Source: a virus (taxonomy: Duplodnaviria; Caudoviricetes). Taken from it: a stretch of DNA of 62,806 bases. The notes under the pieces were generated by a model. It had not been told where the DNA came from, did no database searches, and worked only from the letters and a program-made list of their open reading frames with translations. Both the position numbers and the translations under genes were made by a program. Below are positions 18,450 to 28,329 of this stretch, piece after piece (the first letter of the stretch is position 1; the number at the start of each line of letters is the position of its first letter). Location: IMG/VR virus record IMGVR_UViG_3300028840_002499, positions 1 through 62,806 of that record. The stretch is one strand, 5' to 3'.

Positions 18450-19313
18450 ATGACATTGACACAAGTAGACATTAGGGCATTTGAAGTATCAGTACTTGAT
18501 GCAGAAATTGAAAAGCAGAACTGGAAAAAAGAACAGCACGAAACTAGACTAGCGAATTGTGGGAAATTCAGAAGTTATCGGCTCAATCCTCAATCAGGTA
18601 ATTATTACTTGCAAACGATGTATTGTGGAGATCACAACGGATGTCCAGTATGTGCCAAACGCAGGGGTGAAAAACTCAAGAAAATGATAACCGGATACTC
18701 AGATGATACGTGGGACAGTCGAGTAGCAGAATTTGAAAGCGATGATCAAGCAAAAGAATATTGTAAGTTACTGGAAGGAAAACAGAACTACCTGTTGTAC
18801 CCTCAGTCGGATGGAACAGCGATAGTATTCTTTGATGACGATCCTGTTGACGAAACGCAGCCAGGAGAACTTCTAACAAACGAACTAGCTGAGTCCATGG
18901 ACTGGACACAGATTTCAAAGACTCCAAAAGGCAGAAGGTCATCCGGCTCATATGCTAAACCATCGAGGAGCAAAAAGGAAACGGAAGAGATAGCAGTAAT
19001 CTATCACAACCGTCCAACCTCCAATGCCCCGAGACGGTACGAGGAAAAAGCTGCACAATTAGCCTACGATCAAACCAGTCATCTAAACCCAGAAAATGCA
19101 ATACAGGCAGAGTTGGCAATGGAAGAGCGAACTAATGCCTACATTGCAATTCTCGCCTATTGGGGGTTCGAGATCATCACCCTGGAATACGTCACTTTGA
19201 GAGTAAAAATAAAACGTATACAATGGGTTAAAGATGATAAACCATTCATCAAATTTACTCCAGATGAAGAAAAAAGGTATCCAATCCCACCAGAGTCGTG
19301 GTTTCATCAATAG
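18450..19313 (+). CDS. Hypothetical protein with Rep-like zinc finger (possible replication initiator)
   Basis: 'RLANCG...YCG....CPVCAKRR' resembles the N-terminus of rolling-circle Rep proteins; own promoter and RBS. Confidence 0.35.
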   Translation: MTLTQVDIRAFEVSVLDAEIEKQNWKKEQHETRLANCGKFRSYRLNPQSGNYYLQTMYCGDHNGCPVCAKRRGEKLKKMITGYSDDTWDSRVAEFESDDQAKEYCKLLEGKQNYLLYPQSDGTAIVFFDDDPVDETQPGELLTNELAESMDWTQISKTPKGRRSSGSYAKPSRSKKETEEIAVIYHNRPTSNAPRRYEEKAAQLAYDQTSHLNPENAIQAELAMEERTNAYIAILAYWGFEIITLEYVTLRVKIKRIQWVKDDKPFIKFTPDEEKRYPIPPESWFHQ

Positions 19314-19406
19314 AAATCACGAAAATCTGGCAGAAAAATAACAAAGTTTGATAAAGTTCCCAAGTTGGGAGAATTCACTATACAAATTCCAATGTTTCCA
19401 GATCAA

Positions 19407-19793
19407 GTTGGTTGGACTCTTTCAGGAGAAAGCAATGAGCAATAAATATGCTGAAATGAAATGTGAAGGTGCTTGCGAAAAACACGTTGGAGAAATTGTC
19501 CACGTGCAGGTTATTAGCCCAAAAGGATACGACTGGGGTGATTTTTTGTACTGCGAAGAAGCGGTAGCCGAAGACAGGCGGCGTGATTTCACTGTGCGCC
19601 ACCTAACCACCAATGCAACGGAATTGACTAAACGCTGCGTGCAACCCTAGAATTATGGCGGTGTTTCATGTGGCCGAGAAAGCTATAGAAAAAATGATGG
19701 CTACTTGCTCGCCGTACGGTCATCAGGTTGGCGAAGATGCATTGCAAGAAATCAAAGATTTACTAACACCGCCAAGCCGGTGATTATAGTTCG
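19407..19793 (+). mobile_element. Solo gene cassette (locus 2)
   Basis: Begins GTTGGTTGGACTC (identical to the cassette start at 31569), carries an ORF, ends in an attC-like site. Confidence 0.6.
19435..19650 (+). CDS. Cassette-borne small Cys-containing protein
   Basis: AGGAG RBS; MSNKYAEMKCEGAC... Confidence 0.6.
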   Translation: MSNKYAEMKCEGACEKHVGEIVHVQVISPKGYDWGDFLYCEEAVAEDRRRDFTVRHLTTNATELTKRCVQP

Positions 19794-19799
19794 TTAGAG
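19601..19799 (+). other. attC-like recombination site (long)
   Basis: R'' ACCTAAC, L'' AAT(G)CA / L' TGATT, ATAGTTC spacer, R' GTTAGAG; inner stem TGGCGGTGTT/AACACCGCCA. Confidence 0.7.
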
Positions 19800-19807
19800 A
19801 ACCAGGA

Positions 19808-19987
19808 ATGAAACAAATCGTAGTTCATGTTTACAAGTACAATGGCGTAGATGGAACTCAGAAGTTTTCAGCATCAATTGGAAACGGGTGGTGGTTTGCA
19901 ACTTCCAACGATCCAAACGCAGCAGTCAAAGCTGCAATCAAACGATACGAGAATGAAACCGGCAAGAAGGTGACAAGTAGCAAGTAG
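19808..19987 (+). CDS. Hypothetical protein (59 aa) after attC
   Basis: MKQIVVHVYKYNGVDG...KVTSSK*; AGGA RBS. Confidence 0.5.
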   Translation: MKQIVVHVYKYNGVDGTQKFSASIGNGWWFATSNDPNAAVKAAIKRYENETGKKVTSSK

Positions 19988-19996
19988 TATTTTTTT

Positions 19997-20071
19997 AATT
20001 TAGTACTTGACATTTTACGATAAATGTATATAATTAGGTTATCAGATAATCACATTCAATCGGAGAAAAAA
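19997..20071 (+). promoter_or_regulatory. Promoter-operator-RBS module 3
   Basis: AATTTAGTAC-TTGACA-16-TATAAT, GTTATCAGATAAT, TCGGAGAAAA. Confidence 0.8.
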
Positions 20072-20617
20072 ATGTCTAAAAAATGTACAAACCCTTTTCT
20101 TGAATCAGATGGATTTTGCACAAGATGTAGTGAGTACCATTTCAAAACAAATAAAAGAGGGGACGTTTTGACCACAAGGAAACCCACAATAAATAAACGA
20201 GAAAAATTACAAGCTGAAAAATCAGCCAGCATTCAGAGAACCATTGAAAATACTCCTCAGTATAAAGTAGCCAAAGAGACGGTTGAAATGTTGTCTGAAA
20301 TTTATGACATCCAAGTGAAAATTGTTTTTACGAATTTACAAGCTAGTTATCACATTAAAAGGAAAACTGGACACGTAATTAAATTTGGTTATCAGTCTTT
20401 GGATCGATCTTTTGAAAATGGGTTTGACGAGTACAAAATCTTACAATGGATGATCAACTACAAGAAAATTGATGGTATTGAAGGTGCAAGGCAAGAGGCA
20501 ATGCACGAGTTTTCACACGTTTTACAAACTGAAATCCCAGGTGGCAGAACTTACGGTTCATGCCACAACGAAACTTTCATCAAGTGCTACCAGGAAGTTA
20601 TGGAGTTGGTGAACTAA
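20072..20617 (+). CDS. Zincin/SprT-like metalloprotease
   Basis: HEFSH (HExxH) plus downstream 'H...F'. Confidence 0.6.
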   Translation: MSKKCTNPFLESDGFCTRCSEYHFKTNKRGDVLTTRKPTINKREKLQAEKSASIQRTIENTPQYKVAKETVEMLSEIYDIQVKIVFTNLQASYHIKRKTGHVIKFGYQSLDRSFENGFDEYKILQWMINYKKIDGIEGARQEAMHEFSHVLQTEIPGGRTYGSCHNETFIKCYQEVMELVN

Positions 20618-20643
20618 TTTAGTTAGATGACTGGAGAAATATA

Positions 20644-20877
20644 ATGGACGAAACAGAAGTTAAATCACAAATGAGTGAAAAAGAAGTTGCATTGAGGTTG
20701 GCAGGATTATTGAACGAATTCTTTTATGATGGTGAACTGCTTGAAGAGTTTTCCGTTCAAGAGTTTGAAGATGCGGAAGTCCTCACCTACGATGATGTTG
20801 GAATGTTGACCATGAATAGCGGGATCGTTATCCGTCTGGAGAATGGGCAAGAAATCAGAATGACGGTTCACGCATAG
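20644..20877 (+). CDS. Hypothetical protein
   Basis: GGAG RBS. Confidence 0.6.
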   Translation: MDETEVKSQMSEKEVALRLAGLLNEFFYDGELLEEFSVQEFEDAEVLTYDDVGMLTMNSGIVIRLENGQEIRMTVHA

Positions 20878-20885
20878 GAGTTGCA

Positions 20886-21137
20886 ATGGCTGGAAAAGTG
20901 ATAGTGAAAGCGAAATGCAGATGTAGCATTTGTGGGTGTAACCTAAGACGGCAAAAGACCATCAAAGTTGCTGCAAGCACTCCAAAAGATGCACAAAGAG
21001 AGATCAGTGGAGTAGTTGAAGAGTGGAAAACAACTCTAACAGATCAACAGTGCAAAATTTGCAATGACATTCTAATGGCAACAGTTAGTGGAGTTGTCAA
21101 CCAAAGAAAACGAAAGGAGCAAGATCATGCCAAGTGA
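20886..21137 (+). CDS. Zinc-finger hypothetical protein
   Basis: CSIC..CKIC. Confidence 0.55.
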   Translation: MAGKVIVKAKCRCSICGCNLRRQKTIKVAASTPKDAQREISGVVEEWKTTLTDQQCKICNDILMATVSGVVNQRKRKEQDHAK

Positions 21138-21297
21138 AAAGGACAAACCAAAGGGAATGAGTAAGTACGGCAAGAAAGTTCAACGCCGTAAACGATTAGC
21201 ACGAACGTTGGGTGTAAGCCCTGACACACCGTATCCAGTTCTTCGTCAGATACAGTCTAGCCAGGATGAAGATGGAAAACAAGAGAGTGAAAACTAG
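21127..21297 (+). CDS. Small basic hypothetical protein
   Basis: AAGGAG RBS before MPSEKD. Confidence 0.5.
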   Translation: MPSEKDKPKGMSKYGKKVQRRKRLARTLGVSPDTPYPVLRQIQSSQDEDGKQESEN

Positions 21298-21378
21298 CTA
21301 GTGATCCTTGATAATGTTTTGGTGGCAATCTGGAGAATTGCCATCAAAGCACAGTCAATGAACACGAAGGAGCAGAAA

Positions 21379-21624
21379 ATGTCTGAAAAAGATGTTGGGT
21401 CTTTTGAGATGAAGCACAGGAACGGGGATACAATTTTCACTCAAGAAGAAGTTTCAGTTAGAACGGCAATACTACATCATGTAAAAGATGTTGATAAAGC
21501 AATAGAAAGAATGAAAAAGTATCCCGAAATATGGATGATTTCAACTCCTCATGCTCTGTATAGATGGAGTGAGATTGGAGTCTATATGGATGTTCAAATT
21601 CGAGTTTCAACAAGGAATAAATAA
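21379..21624 (+). CDS. Hypothetical protein
   Basis: AAGGAG RBS before MSEKDV. Confidence 0.5.
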   Translation: MSEKDVGSFEMKHRNGDTIFTQEEVSVRTAILHHVKDVDKAIERMKKYPEIWMISTPHALYRWSEIGVYMDVQIRVSTRNK

Positions 21625-22055
21625 TGGAAATCTCAGAAGTAAAGTTGGATCATATCTACCCAATTACAATTAGAAAAATATTTAGTACCCGTGATGAAGA
21701 GTACGAAGCTGCACAATTACAATTTGAATTGAATTATGTAAGTTCTGATACAGGAACAGACTACGACAGGCCATCAGTTTTAGATATAGAAAGTCACTCG
21801 GTTACTGTTACCTTTGATAACAAGGGTAAGGCTACATATCCAATTAATTCACAACTGTCACGAATGGGTGCATCTGTGGCGATCTTCGGAAAACTGCTGT
21901 CTGTTGTTCCTACGATAATTTGCATGTATCAATTCTACTGGATGTGCATTGGTGATTCCTCGATTATATCTCAACTGGAGGACGAAGTTGACAAAGTTCT
22001 TGGTGATGGAACTGCTCAGAAAATTGTGAACGCATTTAGTGAATTGAACTCCTAA
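21624..22055 (+). CDS. Hypothetical protein
   Basis: Coupled ORF. Confidence 0.55.
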   Translation: MEISEVKLDHIYPITIRKIFSTRDEEYEAAQLQFELNYVSSDTGTDYDRPSVLDIESHSVTVTFDNKGKATYPINSQLSRMGASVAIFGKLLSVVPTIICMYQFYWMCIGDSSIISQLEDEVDKVLGDGTAQKIVNAFSELNS

Positions 22056-22060
22056 AACCT

Positions 22061-22093
22061 GTACTTGACAATACAGTTGGCGTAGACTAAAAT
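22061..22093 (+). promoter_or_regulatory. Promoter (variant module)
   Basis: GTAC-TTGACA-17-TAAAAT. Confidence 0.7.
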
Positions 22094-22139
22094 TATTGTA
22101 TCATATTACACAATTCGACAAACTGGAGTGAATAGAAAT

Positions 22140-23819
22140 ATGAACGATGTTCTTGTTGCAATAAAAGCTAGTGATCAAGATTTTGAGTGGTATCCCACTA
22201 CAGATGAAATGATTTCTGTGGTGGCTCGTAAAATTCCTATGAACGCTGAATCAATCATGGACATAGGAGCGGGTGACGGTCGGGTACTGATGGCACTTGC
22301 TAAGAAGTGCGAGGATGCTGAATTGTATGGCATTGAGAAATCCCTTGGATTAGTTCAGGTGCAGGATAAAAGGATCATTCCAGTAGGAACGGAAATGTAC
22401 GAACAGAACCTGTCTGCCCTACCAGTGCAGTATATCTTCTGCAATCCTCCGTACTCAGATTATGAGGAGTGGACAAGAAAAATCATTTCTGAGGGTTATG
22501 CTAGGAAAGCATACTTGGTAATTCCTCAGAGATGGTCAGAGTCTAATCTGATAGCCGATGCACTACATAGTCGGGAGGCCACCGCAAATGTCATCTATTC
22601 GGGTGACTTCTCTGCTGGTGATCGGCAATCAAGGGCAAAAATAGATATTGTTGAAATTGTATATAAAAGTGATAATAGTTACCGTAGGGACTGGAAGAGT
22701 TGCGTTGCTGATCCTTTTGACCAGTGGTTTGATCAGAACATTGATATGTTTGACAAGGTAAAGGAAAAGCGCGATCCTGATGAGTCCAAAAACTTTGCAG
22801 AACGCATTGCGCTCAAGTTGCGGGGAACTGACATCGAGGAAATGGTTGAAAGTTACCAGGAGCATTACAACAAACTGGAGAAAAATTATCGAGCCATTTT
22901 TCAGCTTGACGGTGAACTCTTACTAGAAGTTGGAGTTAACAAAGATACAGTCAGGCAGGGATTAAAGAAAAAGTTGCGAGGACTAAAGGTAACATACTGG
23001 GGCATACTATTTGATCGATTGGATTCCATTACAAGTCGATTGACCACCAAAAGTCGCAAACAGTTGTTAGATAAACTGGTAGCAAATAACACCATCGATT
23101 TCACAGTCAAGAATGCTCTTGCAATAGGGTTGTGGGCAATCAACAACGTCAATGAATACCTGGATGATCAGCTAGTGGAGTTGTTCAAAGAGTTAGCTAC
23201 TTTTGAAGGTGCAAGTAATTACAAGAGTAATCAGAAAACTTGGGTAAAACATTACTGGAGATACAACGCTGATGATCATTCGCATTTCAAGTTGGATTAC
23301 CGAATTGTCACTAGCAAATGGAAAGCGATGTACGATGGTGGTTATAGCCAGTACGAATACCCAGGTGATCTACACAGCAATTGTCACGATATGATTGCAG
23401 ATATGACAGCAGTATTCTCAAATCTAGGTTTCAAAGTGTTTGACCTCCATTCAAAGTCTCGCGAATGGAAGCGTGGAAAATGGCAGAACTTCACAGACAT
23501 CAGCGGGGAAACAGTGTTCCAGGTGAAGGGTTTCCTGAATGGGAACCTACATATAAGAGTAATGCCATCAGCAATGCAGGCCTTGAACATCAAGGCAGCG
23601 CAGTTGTTGAAGTGGGTTGGCAGTATCGAGGAAATTGTAGAAGAGATGGACATTGACAAGCCCACTGCTGAGAAGTATTTCAACTGGAACCAGTACATCA
23701 CTGTGAATAACTTGCCATTGCTGCAGGGCAGTGTTGAAGTTCCAAGCGAACTACCAGAACCGGATGAAGATACTGTAAGCATTGCAAGTGCGGAACTATC
23801 ACAGATCGAGATGTTTTAG
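22140..23819 (+). CDS. Amino-DNA methyltransferase with DUF4942-like C-terminus
   Basis: 'FEWYPT', motif I 'DIGAGDG', motif IV 'CNPPY', C-terminal 'VKGFLNGNLH'. Confidence 0.8.
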   Translation: MNDVLVAIKASDQDFEWYPTTDEMISVVARKIPMNAESIMDIGAGDGRVLMALAKKCEDAELYGIEKSLGLVQVQDKRIIPVGTEMYEQNLSALPVQYIFCNPPYSDYEEWTRKIISEGYARKAYLVIPQRWSESNLIADALHSREATANVIYSGDFSAGDRQSRAKIDIVEIVYKSDNSYRRDWKSCVADPFDQWFDQNIDMFDKVKEKRDPDESKNFAERIALKLRGTDIEEMVESYQEHYNKLEKNYRAIFQLDGELLLEVGVNKDTVRQGLKKKLRGLKVTYWGILFDRLDSITSRLTTKSRKQLLDKLVANNTIDFTVKNALAIGLWAINNVNEYLDDQLVELFKELATFEGASNYKSNQKTWVKHYWRYNADDHSHFKLDYRIVTSKWKAMYDGGYSQYEYPGDLHSNCHDMIADMTAVFSNLGFKVFDLHSKSREWKRGKWQNFTDISGETVFQVKGFLNGNLHIRVMPSAMQALNIKAAQLLKWVGSIEEIVEEMDIDKPTAEKYFNWNQYITVNNLPLLQGSVEVPSELPEPDEDTVSIASAELSQIEMF

Positions 23820-23837
23820 TACAGGAGAATTAGTGCA

Positions 23838-24104
23838 ATGAGATGTGAAGTTTGCAAATCGAAAATAGTTGGTTACATTGACTCCGATGGTCGTTTTATC
23901 TATGAGGAAATATACAAGTGTGAAAATTGCAATATGTACTGTTATGAAACGATCACAGGAAATACAAGTATCTGGTTGCGACCTTTCAGATTTCCGGCAC
24001 TAGCTTTTAGTTACAATATAAAACCAACACGATTAGATGAGTTTCTATTTAGCTTGAAACTGTTGGTAACGAGAACTATTTGGATGATTAGGAGTTTACA
24101 GTGA
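23838..24104 (+). CDS. Zinc-ribbon hypothetical protein
   Basis: CEVC..CENC. Confidence 0.55.
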   Translation: MRCEVCKSKIVGYIDSDGRFIYEEIYKCENCNMYCYETITGNTSIWLRPFRFPALAFSYNIKPTRLDEFLFSLKLLVTRTIWMIRSLQ

Positions 24105-24199
24105 AAGACGAAAACGGAATGAACAAGTGGAGTTGTGCAATATTCGCATTCGGAATTGCGATGTTAGTTGGATATGGAATATCAACACTATTTTTTTAG
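24101..24199 (+). CDS. TM micropeptide (32 aa)
   Basis: AGGAG RBS; GTG overlaps the previous stop; hydrophobic stretch. Confidence 0.4.
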   Translation: MKDENGMNKWSCAIFAFGIAMLVGYGISTLFF

Positions 24200-24221
24200 A
24201 TGAAAATCTACAGACCAGCAA

Positions 24222-24250
24222 TTGACAAATTATGCAATATGTGATAGACT
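24222..24250 (+). promoter_or_regulatory. Promoter of the recombination/partition operon
   Basis: TTGACA-17-(TG)TAGACT. Confidence 0.6.
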
Positions 24251-24338
24251 AAACAAGATGAAATTTGAAAGGAGTGTGACGTATGGCACGTTGAAATGTT
24301 GAAATCTGTCGGCAGTCAAATTCTAGTAGGAGAGTGAA

Positions 24339-24701
24339 ATGGAAGTTTTACAAACAGAAGTTGCAGAACAACTTGCGGGACTTTCCCAGGAATACAAAGA
24401 GTTGTACGCAAAGAGAGCGGGACTGAATAAGGATGCTAGGGCAGTTACATCCCTCTTGAACGGCATTCAAGATGAAGTCTCAGACATCTTTGCTGAAAAC
24501 GAAATCGTTGAACTGGATGGAGTTGGCAAGGAAGTTCAGACGAAACCGAGGGTATCTTGTAAGGATGCCTTGAGTTTATTCCAGAATGCTCAAATCTGGG
24601 CTGGCTCTGAAAACTCGGAGATCAAGTTGCTAGGTGATATGGTGTTGAACCACCTCACCTACATTAAACCCCAGACCAAATTAAGTCTGGACACGAAGTA
24701 A
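24339..24701 (+). CDS. Hypothetical coiled-coil protein
   Basis: AGGAG RBS. Confidence 0.6.
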   Translation: MEVLQTEVAEQLAGLSQEYKELYAKRAGLNKDARAVTSLLNGIQDEVSDIFAENEIVELDGVGKEVQTKPRVSCKDALSLFQNAQIWAGSENSEIKLLGDMVLNHLTYIKPQTKLSLDTK

Positions 24702-24711
24702 GGAGTGAATC

Positions 24712-25452
24712 ATGGCAAATCAAGCAAAAACTCAATCAGATTTCGATGCACTAGCAGCAGCGGCAGAGGCTGCAGTTGAAGATGCAGAAAAATCGCAAGT
24801 GAAGTCGCAGTTCGGGAAGTTAGCCATTGAACCACGTTATTTGAAGTGGGAAGATGGAGTACCGGAAGAGTGCGATGTGAAAGAGTACATGGCAACCGCT
24901 GGTCGATCCCGCACAATGGAAATCGAGTTTGGTATCGACATTCAAGAGTTCAATCCTGATCTTGAGTGGACTTATGAACGCCGAGTTCGAGTTGGATCAA
25001 CCGACTGGTGGAAGATTCTCAAACCGGCTTTGGAAGAGATTCCAGGTTTCGAGAACGGGTTGTCAAAAGGGAACATGGCAGAAACCCTTGGGAAGTTGAA
25101 CGGTTCTTATGTTCATGCCCATGATGTTTTGCAGTCACCCACTAAGAAACAACCTGATCCCGAATACAAGACCATCAAGATTGTCCACGTATTCGAGAGC
25201 CGTGATGAGTGCTATGCAGAATGGAAATCCATTTTCGGTGACAGTGTTGGCGGTGGTTCTGTGTCCGTTGATGCTCCTCCAGGATGGGACGAAACTTGGG
25301 CCGATGTCTCCGGTGATTTCTACAATCAACTGAGCGAACTTGTTGGGGCCAAAGGGCCACAGCGGGTGAAAGGCATTGCTGCATTAGCCAAAGATTTCGT
25401 AACTGAGAAGGATTGGGTTACGAGCGAGTTGGAAGATTTAGAGAACGCCTAA
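24712..25452 (+). CDS. Hypothetical acidic protein (possible SSB-like)
   Basis: AAGGAG RBS; upstream of nuclease and recombinase; function inferred from position only. Confidence 0.5.
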   Translation: MANQAKTQSDFDALAAAAEAAVEDAEKSQVKSQFGKLAIEPRYLKWEDGVPEECDVKEYMATAGRSRTMEIEFGIDIQEFNPDLEWTYERRVRVGSTDWWKILKPALEEIPGFENGLSKGNMAETLGKLNGSYVHAHDVLQSPTKKQPDPEYKTIKIVHVFESRDECYAEWKSIFGDSVGGGSVSVDAPPGWDETWADVSGDFYNQLSELVGAKGPQRVKGIAALAKDFVTEKDWVTSELEDLENA

Positions 25453-25476
25453 TCGGAAACTTCGCAGGAGTAGTGA

Positions 25477-25507
25477 GAGAGGGTGACGAAAGTTGCCCTC
25501 TCTCTTG
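25477..25507 (+). terminator. Intergenic hairpin
   Basis: GAGAGAGGGTGAC-GAAA-GTTGCCCTCTCTC (GNRA loop), weak U-tail. Confidence 0.5.
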
Positions 25508-25520
25508 TAAGTAGGGAAAT

Positions 25521-26411
25521 ATGATAATTATTGATAGTTCAGAAAAGAGGCAGGGGAGTCGAATGCCAGCAGTGGAAGGATCAGTTGAATCTACAGTCCT
25601 TGAATCTCTTACTGGTGCTGACATCATGGTAAGTGCTAAGAACTATCCACCGAAAAGTAAAGCGATGATCGAAAAGCACATCAAAGAAGGTGCAATACTC
25701 ATTCAAAGAAAAAGTGGCAGGGATTTAGCATCCAGTATTGGCCCCAGGCTGAACTCGTCACTTGCCAAGATGTTTGAAATTGAAACATTTTTCTCAGGGC
25801 AAAGAGTATTGTTGACCACTGGACTCTTTGCGGAGGATAGTTATGGAAACTGCATTGTTGGGGAATGCACTACCAAGTCTGAAACCCCATATGTTCTTTG
25901 GCACAAAACAGGAAAACCGTACAAGGCAGTCAGAAGTGCAATCCAGTACTGGAATATTCGCGGTGGAGTGTCAACAGTCACACTGTCTGCAGACTTTGAG
26001 ATCGGTGAGTGGCTGATGGCACTTGATAAGAACATCGAGAGCATACAGGGTGAGCCCATCAAAGAAGTGCTGAATTCAGTTGATTTTCCAGATGACCCAC
26101 CGAAAGAGGATGACATTCTGCAGTTGCCCAGACGAGTTGTTGATTTTCGTAGGGTGTTAGTTGCTCATGAGAACATCGGCGTGAAGAGTGCTAATTCTCT
26201 CTGGGAGTACACGGAAGGTAATCCCTGGGGTTGCATCGAGATCATAACAGGTTGCACGACCGGCAAAGTAAAAGGAATTGGCAAGAAAACTGTAGAACGA
26301 AATAGAGAGTTATGGGGTCTTGAACCTGGAATGAAACTAGTTGTTATGTACGAGAGCGATTTCCTGGGTGAAGAGTTCAAATCTCAATTGAACTTAGGCG
26401 GTGACGAATGA
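25521..26411 (+). CDS. ERCC4/XPF-like nuclease with HhH motifs
   Basis: 'IIIDSSE', 'GADI', 'IQRKS..DLASSI', C-terminal 'VKGIGKKT'. Confidence 0.7.
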   Translation: MIIIDSSEKRQGSRMPAVEGSVESTVLESLTGADIMVSAKNYPPKSKAMIEKHIKEGAILIQRKSGRDLASSIGPRLNSSLAKMFEIETFFSGQRVLLTTGLFAEDSYGNCIVGECTTKSETPYVLWHKTGKPYKAVRSAIQYWNIRGGVSTVTLSADFEIGEWLMALDKNIESIQGEPIKEVLNSVDFPDDPPKEDDILQLPRRVVDFRRVLVAHENIGVKSANSLWEYTEGNPWGCIEIITGCTTGKVKGIGKKTVERNRELWGLEPGMKLVVMYESDFLGEEFKSQLNLGGDE

Positions 26412-27169
26412 CAGAAGAAACAGAAGTAATAGAAGGTGATGTTGTGAGTGATAGGCAGATTGAGAGTGAAATCATCGTAAGTGCGTTTGACAAGATTGTT
26501 GCGTCAACCATTACGGATGCTCAGTTTGCTATCATCTCAGGCAGAACCCCATCGAATGTGATTAAAAAACGTCCTGGAAAGGGCGGTAAGATTTTTAGTT
26601 ATGTTCCTCATGGGTATGTCATAGCCGTGTTGAACAGGGCATTCGGTTTTGATTGGGATATAGAAACCATTCCACAAAAAGATGGTCAAATGTTTTTGTA
26701 CATGGATGAAGTGTACGGGCCAAACCCGAAAAGACCGGAAAAAGAAGTCTTGTATCGTGGTGCAAGTGTCCTGGTAAATGTCCGGTTGACGGTAAGGATC
26801 AGAAACCCAGAAGCTCCACAAGATGTCTTAGCAACCATCACAAAGACGGCAACTGGAGAGAAAGAAGTCATTCGTGGTATGTCATGGGGTGGCTTGATCA
26901 AAAGTGCTGAAAGTGATGGTTTCAAGAAAGCTGCGAGTAAACTTGGTGTTGCTCTTGATCTTTACTGGAAGGATGAAGATAACGAGTACATGCCAATGTC
27001 ACAAGAGCAGATCGAAGAGGAAAAGGATAAGTTGGCTGCTGCAGAGTTGAGGGCAGAGCGCAGAGATGAAATTGTTACACTGTCCGAAAGTCTGTCACCA
27101 TCTGAGATAGCCGAAAGGTTTGATGATATGAGTGCGATGGATGTTGTACTCACACTGAAAGGAAAATAG
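26408..27169 (+). CDS. Rad52/Rad22-like (Sak) single-strand annealing protein
   Basis: 'KRPGKGG..FSYV....LNRAFGFDW', 'KSAESDGFKKAAS.LGVALDLY'. Confidence 0.85.
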   Translation: MTEETEVIEGDVVSDRQIESEIIVSAFDKIVASTITDAQFAIISGRTPSNVIKKRPGKGGKIFSYVPHGYVIAVLNRAFGFDWDIETIPQKDGQMFLYMDEVYGPNPKRPEKEVLYRGASVLVNVRLTVRIRNPEAPQDVLATITKTATGEKEVIRGMSWGGLIKSAESDGFKKAASKLGVALDLYWKDEDNEYMPMSQEQIEEEKDKLAAAELRAERRDEIVTLSESLSPSEIAERFDDMSAMDVVLTLKGK

Positions 27170-27170
27170 T

Positions 27171-28151
27171 ATGAAAACGATTGGAGTGGATATTGGCTAT
27201 TATGCGACAAAGGCAGTATGTGGAAAAAAGGTAGTCACCTTCCCATCTGTTGCTGGAACGCCGAATGTATCACAGTTAGTTCATGGTGTTGGTGATGGAG
27301 AGACTATCATCAATCTTGGTATCGGTGATAGTTACAAGTATATTGTTGGTCGGGATGCTATTTTGAAATCCAGATCAACAGAGCGAAGAGAGGAGCGGGA
27401 GTGGATCACATCTCACCTCTGGAAAGTTCTTTTTTATCACGCTATTAGTCAGCTTGAGCCGGAAGGTGGGGAGTTCAGAATTGTTACTGGACTTCCAGTT
27501 GACTATTTCAGTTCAGATCATGTGATGCTCAAAAAGATTGTTGAAGGGTTGCACAAGTTCGCAGTGAACGACAAGAGACTGGAACTCCGTCTTTCGTCAA
27601 TAGTCACGATGCAACCATTCGGAGCAGTCTGCAATGAAATTCTGTCATTCGATGGAAACCTGAAAAATAAGTCATTGTCTCAGTCCAGTATTGGTGTTAT
27701 CGATATTGGCGGGAAAACGACAAACATCTTAACGGTTGACCAGATGGCAGATATTGGAGCGCAGTCATTCAGTACCGATACTGGAGGATGGGATATTGTT
27801 CGTGCTGTGAAAACATCCATCCAAGAAAAGTTCTTTGACTACGAATTGAAAGATCATGAAGTTGCAGAGATTGTCGCATCGAAAACCATGAAACGGTTTG
27901 GTAAGGATGTTGACGTTTCTGATCTAGTTGAGCCGGTGACAGATTCAATCACCAGAGAGATAGTTGCACTCACGACCCAGGTATGGGGTAATGCGAGTGG
28001 ACTGGACAAGATTTTCATCTCTGGTGGCGGTGCAAACCTGATCGGTGAAACCATTGCTGATGAATTTCCTCATGCAGTTGTAGTCAGTGATCCAGAAGTT
28101 GCTAATGCGAAAGGGTATTACAAGTATGGGAAATTCATCGAAAAAATCTAG
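27171..28151 (+). CDS. parM: ParM/StbA-family actin-like ATPase
   Basis: 'GVDIGYYATK', 'VTGLP', 'QPFGA', 'VIDIGGKTT', 'SGGGA', 'ANAKGY'. Confidence 0.88.
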   Translation: MKTIGVDIGYYATKAVCGKKVVTFPSVAGTPNVSQLVHGVGDGETIINLGIGDSYKYIVGRDAILKSRSTERREEREWITSHLWKVLFYHAISQLEPEGGEFRIVTGLPVDYFSSDHVMLKKIVEGLHKFAVNDKRLELRLSSIVTMQPFGAVCNEILSFDGNLKNKSLSQSSIGVIDIGGKTTNILTVDQMADIGAQSFSTDTGGWDIVRAVKTSIQEKFFDYELKDHEVAEIVASKTMKRFGKDVDVSDLVEPVTDSITREIVALTTQVWGNASGLDKIFISGGGANLIGETIADEFPHAVVVSDPEVANAKGYYKYGKFIEKI

Positions 28152-28329
28152 TCAGAAACCGGATGCACTGGCAGTTGCTCAAGTTTTCATTGACGAACTG
28201 AGAACGGCAAGAGAACAGTTAGACAGGATCGAGTCGAAACTTGATAAACTGTTGGATAGTGAACCGGAAGTGGAAAAAGTTAGCGTGGATGAAGAAGTTT
28301 TGAGTAATATGCTGAAAGCAGGAGTGTGA
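28126..28329 (+). CDS. Small coiled-coil protein downstream of ParM (possible adaptor)
   Basis: Overlaps the parM 3' end. Confidence 0.45.
   Translation: MGNSSKKSSQKPDALAVAQVFIDELRTAREQLDRIESKLDKLLDSEPEVEKVSVDEEVLSNMLKAGV

Noticed and set aside
24258-24310. TGAAAT repeats upstream of the parM operon as parC
   Set aside because: Short, irregularly spaced and AT-rich; could be chance
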